The notes below the pieces were generated by a model. The model was not told the origin of the DNA and made no database searches. It saw only the letters and a list, made by a program, of their open reading frames with translations. A DNA stretch of 24,000 nucleotides, taken from the NCBI GenBank assembly GCA_945870185.1, contig CAMBRK010000043.1:660-24659 (forward strand), in the 5' to 3' direction. Positions 9,090 to 16,828 of the stretch are shown one piece after another (the stretch's first letter is position 1; the number at the start of each line of letters is the position of its first letter). Position numbers and translations under genes: made by a program. Source of the DNA: Aureispira sp. CCB-QB1 (GTDB lineage: Bacteria; Bacteroidota; Bacteroidia; Chitinophagales; Saprospiraceae).

Positions 9090-9551
9090 ATGGCAAACAC
9101 ATTCACCCAGATTTATATACAGATAGTTTTTGCTGTTAAGGGAAGGCAAAACCTTATTGCTAGTAGTCGCAGAGAAGAGTTACACAAATATATAACCGGT
9201 ATAGTTCAGAATAGAGATCAAAAAATGTTATCCATTTTTGCGATGCCTGACCATATACATATTTTGGTAGGCCTTAAGGCAAGTGTGTCCATTTCTGATC
9301 TCGTAAGGGATATCAAAACAGGATCATCAAAATACATTAATGATAACCATTGGGTGATGGGTAAATTTAATTGGCAGGAAGGTTTCGGGGCATTTTCATA
9401 TTCCAAAAGTCACATAGACAATGTGGTTAAATATATACTAAATCAAGAAGAACATCACAAAGCCAAATCATTTAAAGAAGAGTACATTGAGTATTTAGAA
9501 AAATTTGATATAGAATATGATGAAAAATACCTTTTTGAATGGATAGATTAA
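9090..9551 (+). CDS. REP-associated tyrosine transposase (RAYT) / IS200-like HUH-Y1 transposase
   Basis: 153 aa. HUH motif in PDHIHILV, catalytic Tyr region VVKYILNQEEHH, and IYIQIVFAVKGR and W.EGFGAFSYS blocks typical of the Y1_Tnp (IS200-like) fold. Flanked by REP-like hairpins. Confidence 0.85.
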   Translation: MANTFTQIYIQIVFAVKGRQNLIASSRREELHKYITGIVQNRDQKMLSIFAMPDHIHILVGLKASVSISDLVRDIKTGSSKYINDNHWVMGKFNWQEGFGAFSYSKSHIDNVVKYILNQEEHHKAKSFKEEYIEYLEKFDIEYDEKYLFEWID

Positions 9552-9555
9552 ACAG

Positions 9556-9670
9556 GTCACTCCTACGGAGTTCAATAAAACGCACCTTTGGTGATACAAA
9601 CAGGATACTCATCCGGAGCATAATTGACCTTGATAAATGGCCCCTGCAAGGCAATACCGTTTGTAATCCA
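9556..9670 (+). repeat. REP-like repeat unit (copy B)
   Basis: GTCACTCCTACGGAGTTCAATA is identical to 8688-8709. The remainder is collinear with copy A but lacks A's 63-nt internal insert (8773-8835) and its 3' inverted REP. The shared 3' block is ATAAATGGCCCC..CAATACCGTTTGTAA.CCA. Confidence 0.8.
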
Positions 9671-9721
9671 CCAAACACCATAGCAGTAGATATATCATCA
9701 GCAATTAAATATTAAATCACC

Positions 9722-10834
9722 ATGCATAAACGCACCTTCATAAAAAATATCGCTCTAGCCACTGTTGGCTCTGCTTTAGTCGATCCTTTTTTAAGCATCA
9801 ATTCTTATCTGACTGCCAAAACCAAAAATTGGATATGGGCACACCCAAATATCAATTGGACTGCTGATGATTGGAAAAGAAAATTATCTAAAGCTAAGGA
9901 ATGTGGCATCGATGCTATACTACTGGAGATATACAACGGAACACATACATACTATGAGGGTGGACAACTACCCATGAAATCCAATGTTACGGATATGGTG
10001 CTGCCTATTTGCAAATCTTTGGATCTAGAGTTTCATGCATGGATGTGGACTATGCCTTGCAATGCCCCTGAGATTATATCCAAACGCCCGGATTGGTTTG
10101 GACACAATGGTTTGGGACAACCCGCCCATACGCATCCAGCTTATGTTCCATATTATAAGTTCCTGTGCCCTTGTCATCCTGAAGTCAGAGATTTTATCCA
10201 AGGCAACGTAACATCTTTGGTCAAAATATCCGAAATCGACGGTGTTCATTTAGATTATGTGAGACTACCTGACGTGATACTGGCAGAAGGACTCCAACCC
10301 AAGTACAATATCATACAGGATAAAGAATACCCTCAGTATGACTATTCTTATTCTCCACAGTGCCGGGATGATTTTAAAGCAAAAACAGGCATAGACCCGC
10401 TTTTGGATCTCCAAGAGCCAGCATCACATCAGGAATGGATGCAATTTCGTAGAGATAGTGTTACATCACTAGTGAATGAGGTATTAGTACCTGAAGCTAA
10501 AAAGTATAATAAACAAATCACCGCAGCTGTCTTCCCCAATTGGGAGAGTGTTCGGCAAGAATGGCACCGATGGAATTTGGATGGCTTCTTACCAATGTTA
10601 TACCATAATTTTTACAATAGGGATATCGATTTCATTACTGAGCATACCCAAAAAGCTGTCGAAAGATTAAAAGGCAAAATTCCAGTTTATAGTGGATTGT
10701 TTATTCCATCGATAAGTCCTGAAAACCTAAAAAAGGCTATACGAGCTGGAATCAGCGGAGGAAATAGTGGCACATCGTTTTTTGAGCTCGGTGCTATGAC
10801 TGACGAACATTGGGAAGTGTTGAAAAATATGTAA
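9722..10834 (+). CDS. Glycoside-hydrolase-like TIM-barrel protein (GHL10/DUF187-like), possible Tat-exported
   Basis: LEFHAWMW, CPCHPEVRDFIQGNVTSLVKISEIDGVHLDYVRLP and WMQFRRDSVTSLVNEV resemble the conserved blocks of family-10-like glycosyl hydrolases. The N-terminus HKRTFIKNIALATVGSAL resembles a KR-variant twin-arginine signal. The product call is tentative. Confidence 0.55.
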   Translation: MHKRTFIKNIALATVGSALVDPFLSINSYLTAKTKNWIWAHPNINWTADDWKRKLSKAKECGIDAILLEIYNGTHTYYEGGQLPMKSNVTDMVLPICKSLDLEFHAWMWTMPCNAPEIISKRPDWFGHNGLGQPAHTHPAYVPYYKFLCPCHPEVRDFIQGNVTSLVKISEIDGVHLDYVRLPDVILAEGLQPKYNIIQDKEYPQYDYSYSPQCRDDFKAKTGIDPLLDLQEPASHQEWMQFRRDSVTSLVNEVLVPEAKKYNKQITAAVFPNWESVRQEWHRWNLDGFLPMLYHNFYNRDIDFITEHTQKAVERLKGKIPVYSGLFIPSISPENLKKAIRAGISGGNSGTSFFELGAMTDEHWEVLKNM

Positions 10835-10977
10835 CAATCACTTTGGTAAAGCTTGACTTTTAAAATCACATAAGCATCTGATGCAATTGATATAAATTTT
10901 CCTATAATTGGAAAACAATCTCATTTTTTAATAGGTCAAAAAGTGCTAATTTTTCTTTTTTAAATAATCTTCATGCT

Positions 10978-10985
10978 TATCTTTG
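10978..10985 (+). promoter_or_regulatory. Bacteroidota -7 promoter box
   Basis: TATCTTTG matches TAnnTTTG, 42 nt upstream of the ATG at 11028. Confidence 0.45.
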
Positions 10986-11027
10986 TCGGCACAAAGCCTG
11001 TTGCGCTAACAAAATACAAATCAACTT

Positions 11028-13415
11028 ATGAAATTTAATCACATCACACTTCTAGTTTGGATACTATGTGTAACTCATGGAATGTCTCAAAACTGTATTC
11101 CCACAGCTATAGTTTTTAACACTCAGGCACAGGTAGATGCTTTTCCTACGGATTATCCAGGATGTACCATGATCACCGGAAATATAGGTATTACGGGTAA
11201 TGATATAACTAATCTGGACAGCCTCATTCAGATAACGCATATAGGTGGAAGCCTTCAGATATTGAATACCAATAATCTGGTAAGTCTTGTGGGTTTGAAT
11301 AATATCACTAGTATAGGAGGAAGTTTGATTTTAAACAATGTTTCCAACTTAATAAATTTTAGTGGTTTGGGGAGTTTGACATCGATTGGAGGAAGTTTAA
11401 ACCTTCAATCGGTTTATGAACTTCAGAACTTAACGGGTTTAAATAATTTGTCATCCATTGAAAATTCTATTCTTATATATAATTGCAGTAATTTAACGAC
11501 TCTAAGTGGCATTGGACCCATTACTTTTTTAAATGGAAGCTTGAGTTTGACTTTAAATCAAATCTTAACCAACGTAGGAGCATTCAGCAGTTTGATCAAT
11601 ATTAGTGGAAACTTGGATATTTCGCATCCTACCAATTATGGAATCCTAGATTTAGGCGGTTTGAACTCTTTACAAACAATAGGAGGATACTGTAGTATTT
11701 CTGGCTCGTGTTCAAATTTGAGTTTTGACAATCTTACAAGTATTCAAAATGGTTTATCCATTTCTAATAATTCAGTTATTACTCAAATTTCAGGTTTTAA
11801 TAGTTTGACTAATGCTGGGAGTTTAGTTTTTAATAATAATAATTTGTTATTAAGCATTAATGGATTTACAAATCTTGCCGATATTTCGGTAATTTCAATT
11901 TATTCAAATCCATTTTTAAGTGATATCAGTGGTTTTGATCATCCGATTTCAATATTAAGCATTGCAATCAGTAACAATTCATTTTTATCTATCTGTCATT
12001 TAGAGGCAATTTGTAATAAAATATGGGAGAATTCTGCTTTGGTAGACTTTCAAAATAATGGAACAAATTGTAGTTCAAATGCTGTTGTTTTGCAAAACTG
12101 TGGTACTGCACCAGATACGGACAGTGATGGTGTTAATAATTTTGCAGACAATTGCCCTACCGTGCCCAATTCAAATCAATCCGACTGCAACAATAATCAA
12201 ATAGGTGACGCGTGTGAAACAGGTGACATTGACAATGATGGTGTACCTAACACATCTGACAACTGCCCATGTGTAGGAAATACCAACCAAGCCGATGCCA
12301 ACAATAATGGAATCGGAGACAAATGTGATTATAATTCTGATACTGATAGTGACGGCTATAATGATTCTAATGATAACTGCCCCGCTGTAGCTAATTCGAA
12401 CCAATCCGACTGCAATAGTAATGGTATAGGAAATGTATGCGATACTGCATCAGATTCGGATAACGACGGAGTTATGGACAATATGGACAACTGCCCTTGT
12501 CAAAGCAACTCCAACCAAGCCGATGCCAACAGCAACGGTATAGGAGATATCTGTGATTATAACTCAGACACAGACGGTGATGGTGTCAACGATGCAAATG
12601 ATAATTGTACTACCGATGTTAATCCTAATCAACAAGATTGGAACAGTGATGGTATAGGCGATGCTTGCCAAGATTCGGATGATGATGGGATTTTGGATAA
12701 TGTAGATAATTGCAAAAGTATAGATAACCCAGACCAATTGGACACTGATGGAGATGGTATCGGAAATGTTTGTGACAACTGCCCTAGTATTGCTAATCAA
12801 GATCAGTGGGATTTTTATGACAATGATGGTGTAGGTAATGCTTGTGATAATTGTATAAATACAGCAAACAGTGACCAAATGGATGCTGATGGAGATGGTG
12901 TAGGTGATTCTTGTGACAACTGCTTAAATGTAATTAATCAAAATCAAGACAATTGGGATAATGACGATTTCGGAAATGCCTGTGACAATTGCCCAAATAC
13001 TCCAAACAATGATCAACTAGATACCGATAGTGATGGCATAGGAAATGTATGTGATAATTGTCCTACTGTAGCCAATGCCAACCAACTCGATTGTAATAAT
13101 AATGGTGTAGGAGACATTTGCGAAGCTTTGGATACGGACTGTGATGGTATTTTTGATACAGTTGACAATTGCCCCAATTATCCCAATCCATTACAAATAG
13201 ACCAAAACAATAACAGTATTGGAGACGCCTGTGAAAATTTTCCGCGAGTAGGTATCAATTCCACTGATCCACAAACGGAATTGCATCTAGCGAATAGTAG
13301 ACTCTACATAGACAATATGGAGAAAGGTATCATCTTAAAAAACGCACAAAGTCAATGTTTTATGTTGCAAATGGATGGCGTTGTATTAAAGGCATTTCCT
13401 GTACCTTGTCCTTGA
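11028..13415 (+). CDS. Secreted protein: receptor-L-domain-like leucine-rich repeats + ~12 thrombospondin type-3 (Ca-binding) repeats + short Cys-containing C-terminal domain
   Basis: Signal peptide (LLVWILCVTHGMSQNC). Residues ~50-330 are ~22-24-aa repeats of the form L..L..I.GSL.I..N..L..L.GL. Residues ~360-740 carry DxDxDGxxDxxDNCPxxxNxxQxDxxxxGxGDxCD units. The C-terminus is RVGINSTDPQTELHL...GIILKN..SQCFMLQMDGVVLKAFPVPCP. Confidence 0.85.
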   Translation: MKFNHITLLVWILCVTHGMSQNCIPTAIVFNTQAQVDAFPTDYPGCTMITGNIGITGNDITNLDSLIQITHIGGSLQILNTNNLVSLVGLNNITSIGGSLILNNVSNLINFSGLGSLTSIGGSLNLQSVYELQNLTGLNNLSSIENSILIYNCSNLTTLSGIGPITFLNGSLSLTLNQILTNVGAFSSLINISGNLDISHPTNYGILDLGGLNSLQTIGGYCSISGSCSNLSFDNLTSIQNGLSISNNSVITQISGFNSLTNAGSLVFNNNNLLLSINGFTNLADISVISIYSNPFLSDISGFDHPISILSIAISNNSFLSICHLEAICNKIWENSALVDFQNNGTNCSSNAVVLQNCGTAPDTDSDGVNNFADNCPTVPNSNQSDCNNNQIGDACETGDIDNDGVPNTSDNCPCVGNTNQADANNNGIGDKCDYNSDTDSDGYNDSNDNCPAVANSNQSDCNSNGIGNVCDTASDSDNDGVMDNMDNCPCQSNSNQADANSNGIGDICDYNSDTDGDGVNDANDNCTTDVNPNQQDWNSDGIGDACQDSDDDGILDNVDNCKSIDNPDQLDTDGDGIGNVCDNCPSIANQDQWDFYDNDGVGNACDNCINTANSDQMDADGDGVGDSCDNCLNVINQNQDNWDNDDFGNACDNCPNTPNNDQLDTDSDGIGNVCDNCPTVANANQLDCNNNGVGDICEALDTDCDGIFDTVDNCPNYPNPLQIDQNNNSIGDACENFPRVGINSTDPQTELHLANSRLYIDNMEKGIILKNAQSQCFMLQMDGVVLKAFPVPCP
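12114..13236 (+). repeat. In-frame tandem array encoding thrombospondin type-3-like repeats
   Basis: Twelve units of 23-38 codons. 12114-12338 and 12339-12566 form a two-unit (75/76-codon) higher-order duplication that shares stretches such as CCAACCAAGCCGATGCCAACA and CAATCCGACTGCAA. Confidence 0.85.
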
Positions 13416-13485
13416 TGACTAGATTGATGTATCTAGTTCAGCTTAATACCCCAGATAATACTTATCAGAGGACAATCATAGTACA

Positions 13486-13527
13486 AAAATAAAAAAAAGC
13501 CCGCTAATGGTATCATTAGACAGGCTT
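13486..13527 (-). terminator. Rho-independent terminator of the small lipoprotein gene (possibly bidirectional, also serving 11028..13415)
   Basis: On the - strand: AAGCC-tgt-CTAATG-atac-CATTAG-cg-GGCTT followed by a run of about 8 T (A-run 13491-13498 on the + strand). The + strand T-tract is weaker (GATTTATTG). Confidence 0.7.
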
Positions 13528-13571
13528 GATTTATTGTCAAAAAACAGATTGCGCTGTTATCTCTTCAATAA

Positions 13572-13742
13572 TTATTGTTGTGCTGCAGTAGTGTCAGCAG
13601 GCATAGCAGTACTGTCAACAGCTGGAGTTTCAACTGGTGCTGCTTCAACTGGTGCTTCTTCTACAGGAGTCTCAGCTGGTTTTTCTTTACAAGAAACTAA
13701 TGCCAACATTGCAAATGCGCCTAAAATAAGGAACTTCTTCAT
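13572..13742 (-). CDS. Small (56 aa) lipoprotein with Pro/Glu/Ala-rich tail
   Basis: This uses an internal ATG of track ORF 13572..13820 and gives MKKFLILGAFAMLALVSC (signal + lipobox Cys), followed by KEKPAETPVEEAPVEAAPVETPAVD... A strong terminator lies directly downstream. The upstream 26 codons of the track ORF look non-coding (AT-rich, KFFFNLILKF). Confidence 0.65.
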   Translation of the reverse strand: MKKFLILGAFAMLALVSCKEKPAETPVEEAPVEAAPVETPAVDSTAMPADTTAAQQ

Positions 13743-13770
13743 TTTAATAAATTTTAAGATAAGGTTAAAG

Positions 13771-13803
13771 AAAAATTTCACCACAATATTAAGGTGAATT
13801 TTT
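13771..13803 (-). terminator. Weak hairpin/T-run downstream of the MFS gene
   Basis: AAAAATTTCACC (13771-13782) pairs with GGTGAATTTTT (13793-13803) with one bulge. On the - strand the stem is followed by TTTTTCTTT-like sequence. The GC core is only 5 bp, so this is weak. Confidence 0.35.
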
Positions 13804-13892
13804 GAGACTAAAAACATCATTATCTAATTGTTAACAATTATTAAGTGATGATTTGCTAAAATGGGTGTTATTTTATTAAAATAAGTCGATTT

Positions 13893-15137
13893 TTACGATT
13901 TTGTAAATATAACTCGCATATTTTTAGCTATCGATCTATCCAATTTATAAGCCACCCAGACGCTTACTAATATAATGGCAATACTTATATATCCGATGAT
14001 ATTGTAATGGTGAATCACAAAATTTTGGTCGCTGTAGGTAATCCATCCACTCATCAGTGTTGCTAAACCCGAACCTAAAGATTGCACGCAAGAATTGAAG
14101 CTCATAAAACTGCCTCTGGTTTGAGCATTGACCGCTTGGGTAGTCATAGCTTGGCCTGGAACAGTCCTACCCGTTGCCGTACTAAACCACAGTGAAAATA
14201 TAATGAGTATCCAAGGCAAAGGCAGTACGGTCATATTGGTGATTGCAAATACAAAAAAGGTAGATATTATGGCTGAAACTACAAATACCTGCCTCTTGCC
14301 AAATCGGTCTGCTAGTTTTCCGGCAAATTGTGCGGCAATCATAGAGCAAATCCCTCCACACAAATAAATCAAAGGCGTGTTTTCCTGAGCTACACCGGCA
14401 TTAAATACCATGTAAGGATTGATGAGTGGTATGATGATAAAATGGCCGCTAATCATTAAAAAACTAAAAATCAGGGCTGTAACTTGTGTGTTGTTGCTAA
14501 AAATCTGAAAAAACTGGTGGATTCTTTCTTTTAAAGGGACTAAATGCGCTAAGTGAGCATCGACTTTCGGTATAAATTTTAATAATAATGGGTATAAAAG
14601 TGCCCCAACGCAGACCACTACATAGAACGGCATATACCAGTCATATGTATTGGCCAGATATAAACTGAATGGAACACCTATCACAGATGCCAGCGCAAAT
14701 CCTCCCATCAATAAACCCATAGCTTGACCACGTCTTTCATAAGGCACCACATCTCCTATAATACTGAGTACTTGCGCACCTATCAAGCCTCCAAATATAC
14801 CCGTCAAAACTCTCGCCAAAGACATAGTGAAAAATCCATTGGCAAAAGCACAACCCAATGTACCTATAAGAAAGCCTGCATAAGCCGTGAGCAGGAGCTT
14901 TTTCCTGTCAAATTTGTCAGCGAAAAATATGGCAAAAAAGCTACTCGCAAACGCTGCCAGAGAATAGGATGATACTATAATAGAAAATTGTGAGGTAGTT
15001 AGATTCCATTTGGGCATGAGGATATTTCCCAATGGCATCATGATCATAAAATCTAGGATATGGGTAAAATTGAGTAAAGCCAAAAGACTCACCAAGATGA
15101 TTTCGTTTCTTTTCAAAATCTTATTTTGTTTAATCAA
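13893..15137 (-). CDS. MFS transporter
   Basis: 414 aa with about 12 hydrophobic segments and an MFS motif-A-like loop (FFADKFDRKKLLL). The only in-frame start candidates upstream of TM1 are TTG (15137) and CTG (15146). Confidence 0.85.
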   Translation of the reverse strand: MIKQNKILKRNEIILVSLLALLNFTHILDFMIMMPLGNILMPKWNLTTSQFSIIVSSYSLAAFASSFFAIFFADKFDRKKLLLTAYAGFLIGTLGCAFANGFFTMSLARVLTGIFGGLIGAQVLSIIGDVVPYERRGQAMGLLMGGFALASVIGVPFSLYLANTYDWYMPFYVVVCVGALLYPLLLKFIPKVDAHLAHLVPLKERIHQFFQIFSNNTQVTALIFSFLMISGHFIIIPLINPYMVFNAGVAQENTPLIYLCGGICSMIAAQFAGKLADRFGKRQVFVVSAIISTFFVFAITNMTVLPLPWILIIFSLWFSTATGRTVPGQAMTTQAVNAQTRGSFMSFNSCVQSLGSGLATLMSGWITYSDQNFVIHHYNIIGYISIAIILVSVWVAYKLDRSIAKNMRVIFTKS

Positions 15138-15240
15138 GCCAAACAGCGAATAATTCTAGTTTGTTGTTTGAATTTATGGATAAAGTGAGATTTATTTTGA
15201 ATTATGAATCTTCGCGTGCAAGGATTGTACCTAAATTTGA

Positions 15241-16410
15241 TCAAAACTTATACTCAGTCGTCATAAATTTTATTACCGGCAGCGGTTTTCCGGTAAAGTC
15301 ATAATAAGTATTGTTTTCCCAACTAGAACCTGTGCCCCATTGGTCCTTAAGATTGCTGCTGATCCAACAAGGTTCCCAATACATGATACCTTTGCCACCA
15401 CCGGCTATGATCGCTTGGGTTAATTCCTGCATGTATTTTAGCTGATCTTCTTTGCTTGCTTTGTAACCTGAGGGAATATTGGTTACTGAAAGTATGTTGG
15501 AGTATTGGTCCGCATTGTTTGTTGTCCAAGGGAAAGCGGTTTCTACGATCATGATTTCTTTTCCAAATTTTGCTGTCAAATTTTTGATTTGGCTCGTTAT
15601 CGCTTCAAAGGTTTTGACTTCAGACCATTGATAGTAATGAGAAATACCTAAAATGTCAAAGTCTTTCACTCCAGCTTGATTGATCACACCATTGGCCCAA
15701 TAGTCTGCATTTTGTAGTTGGGCTACGTGTAATATGATTTGGGGCTTGATATCCGATGATGTGGAAAAATCTCTTACAGCCTTGATACCTGAAGTAAGTA
15801 GTTGACCAAAATTACTGAAGTTGTTATTATTGATTTTGCCTGTAGGGAAGCATATACCACCATTATTTTCATTACCAATTTGGATGAATTCAGGAGTGAG
15901 ATTTTGAGATTTTAAATGTTGAAGGACTTTAAGTGTATATTCATAAATGGAGTCTTTCAGAACATTGAGGTTGGCGTTTTGCCACGCCTTTGGGGTAGCT
16001 TGTTTAGCAGGATCAGCCCAGTCATCGCTATAATGGATATCTAAGTTGACCTGCATACCGGCTTGTTTAGCTCTTTGAATAGTTTTGGTAACATCACCGA
16101 GCTGATGATATTTTACGCTACCATACAAAGATTTTTGCCATTCCGGGTTATGCCATAATCGGACGCGTACTGCATTGGCACCATTTTGATTTAAATGAAC
16201 AAATGGGTCGGTGACCTTGCCACTATCATCCATAAATTTACCGCCATGGTCCTGTACTGCGTTGACATAGGACAGATCGGCGCCCATTACAAACTGCTCA
16301 GTTTTATATTTTTTGGGCTGGGTGACTTCGACTTCCTTATTTTCATTGGAGTTGCAGCTCAGCAACAAAAATATGAATATACTTAACACCATTATGTTTC
16401 TGCTGTACAT
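15241..16410 (-). CDS. Arabinogalactan endo-beta-1,4-galactanase (GH53), lipoprotein
   Basis: GH53 blocks GADLSYVN, NAVRVRLWHNP, LDIHYSDDWADPAKQ..P.AW, IQIGNENNGG (acid/base Glu), ILGISHYYQWS and IVETAFPW (nucleophile Glu). Signal with lipobox (FLLLSC). Confidence 0.9.
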   Translation of the reverse strand: MYSRNIMVLSIFIFLLLSCNSNENKEVEVTQPKKYKTEQFVMGADLSYVNAVQDHGGKFMDDSGKVTDPFVHLNQNGANAVRVRLWHNPEWQKSLYGSVKYHQLGDVTKTIQRAKQAGMQVNLDIHYSDDWADPAKQATPKAWQNANLNVLKDSIYEYTLKVLQHLKSQNLTPEFIQIGNENNGGICFPTGKINNNNFSNFGQLLTSGIKAVRDFSTSSDIKPQIILHVAQLQNADYWANGVINQAGVKDFDILGISHYYQWSEVKTFEAITSQIKNLTAKFGKEIMIVETAFPWTTNNADQYSNILSVTNIPSGYKASKEDQLKYMQELTQAIIAGGGKGIMYWEPCWISSNLKDQWGTGSSWENNTYYDFTGKPLPVIKFMTTEYKF

Positions 16411-16416
16411 ATGCCT

Positions 16417-16719
16417 TTAATTTGAAGGTTTAAATAATTTGTGGTCTGCCCAAAATGTCCCAAAAGGAACCAAAGACGCCACGAAAGCTAGGAAAGACTT
16501 TTGCCAAGACCATTGATATTTAAAATGGACTACAGCTAGAAGGATCACATAGGCCATAAACAAAAACCCATGTGCCATACCTACTATGTAATTGGGCAAC
16601 GGCATATCGTATTTATATTTTAATATCATGGTAAATCCCAACATCAGATAAGATACACCCTCGATCCAGGCTGTAGTTCTAAACCATTGTAAGAAATTAT
16701 TTTGGAGTAATTTGGACAC
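16417..16719 (-). CDS. DUF3817-family small integral membrane protein
   Basis: 100 aa with 3-4 TM segments. FRTTAWIEGVSYLML...MAHGFLFM...LVPFGTF resembles DUF3817/YdzA-like proteins (from memory). Apparent GTG start. The stop lies 6 nt before the GH53 start, so they are likely co-transcribed. Confidence 0.7.
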   Translation of the reverse strand: MSKLLQNNFLQWFRTTAWIEGVSYLMLGFTMILKYKYDMPLPNYIVGMAHGFLFMAYVILLAVVHFKYQWSWQKSFLAFVASLVPFGTFWADHKLFKPSN

Positions 16720-16770
16720 AGAATGATGATTAAATAAGTGATATATTAAAAGAGTTGTGCTCGATAAACA

Positions 16771-16810
16771 AAAAAAGCAACATCAGGTTTTGTGCTGATG
16801 TTGCTTTTGT
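16771..16810 (-). terminator. Rho-independent terminator (bidirectional in form) downstream of the peroxidase gene
   Basis: GCAACATCAG (16777-16786) / CTGATGTTGC (16795-16804) form a 10-bp perfect stem with an 8-nt loop, flanked by an A-run on one side and a T-run on the other. Confidence 0.75.
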
Positions 16811-16828
16811 ATTTTTAATGCTATACCT

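Larger units (their letters stand above)
8885..9577 (+). mobile_element. RAYT gene bracketed by inverted REP hairpins (domesticated IS200-like unit)
   Basis: The REP hairpin is in reverse orientation at 8885-8905 and in forward orientation at 9556-9577 (5 nt after the stop), with the single Y1-transposase gene between them. This is the arrangement reported for REP-associated tyrosine transposases. Confidence 0.6.

Noticed and set aside
9472-9681. Track ORF (69 aa, - strand) overlapping the RAYT 3' end and repeat copy B
   Set aside because: Same repeat-derived pseudo-ORF as above, and it is antisense to a well-supported gene.
12171-12878. - strand ORFs (77 and 104 aa) rich in Ile/Val/Thr inside the TSP3 array
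   Set aside because: They are the reverse-complement reading of Asp/Asn/Gly-rich repeat codons, and their periodic composition mirrors the sense repeats. This is an antisense artefact.
12114-13236. Possible CRISPR array, given regularly spaced repeats; also considered for 20521-22026
   Set aside because: The repeats are in-frame protein repeats (23-38 and 51 codons) inside long ORFs with signal peptides. They are degenerate rather than identical, have no unique spacers of constant size, and have no cas genes nearby.
13507-13797. Track ORF (96 aa, + strand) with an Ala/Ser/Gly/Thr-rich middle
   Set aside because: It is antisense to the small lipoprotein gene, which has a proper signal peptide, lipobox and terminator. 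The low-complexity stretch is the complement of the Pro/Glu/Ala tail. The ORF also begins inside the terminator hairpin.
13825-13840. Perfect 16-bp palindrome TAATTGTTAACAATTA just downstream of the MFS stop
   Set aside because: My rough estimate, assuming about 64% A+T, is on the order of one perfect 16-bp palindrome by chance in 24 kb. It also lies in a 3' region rather than a promoter. It is not distinguishable from chance without conservation data.
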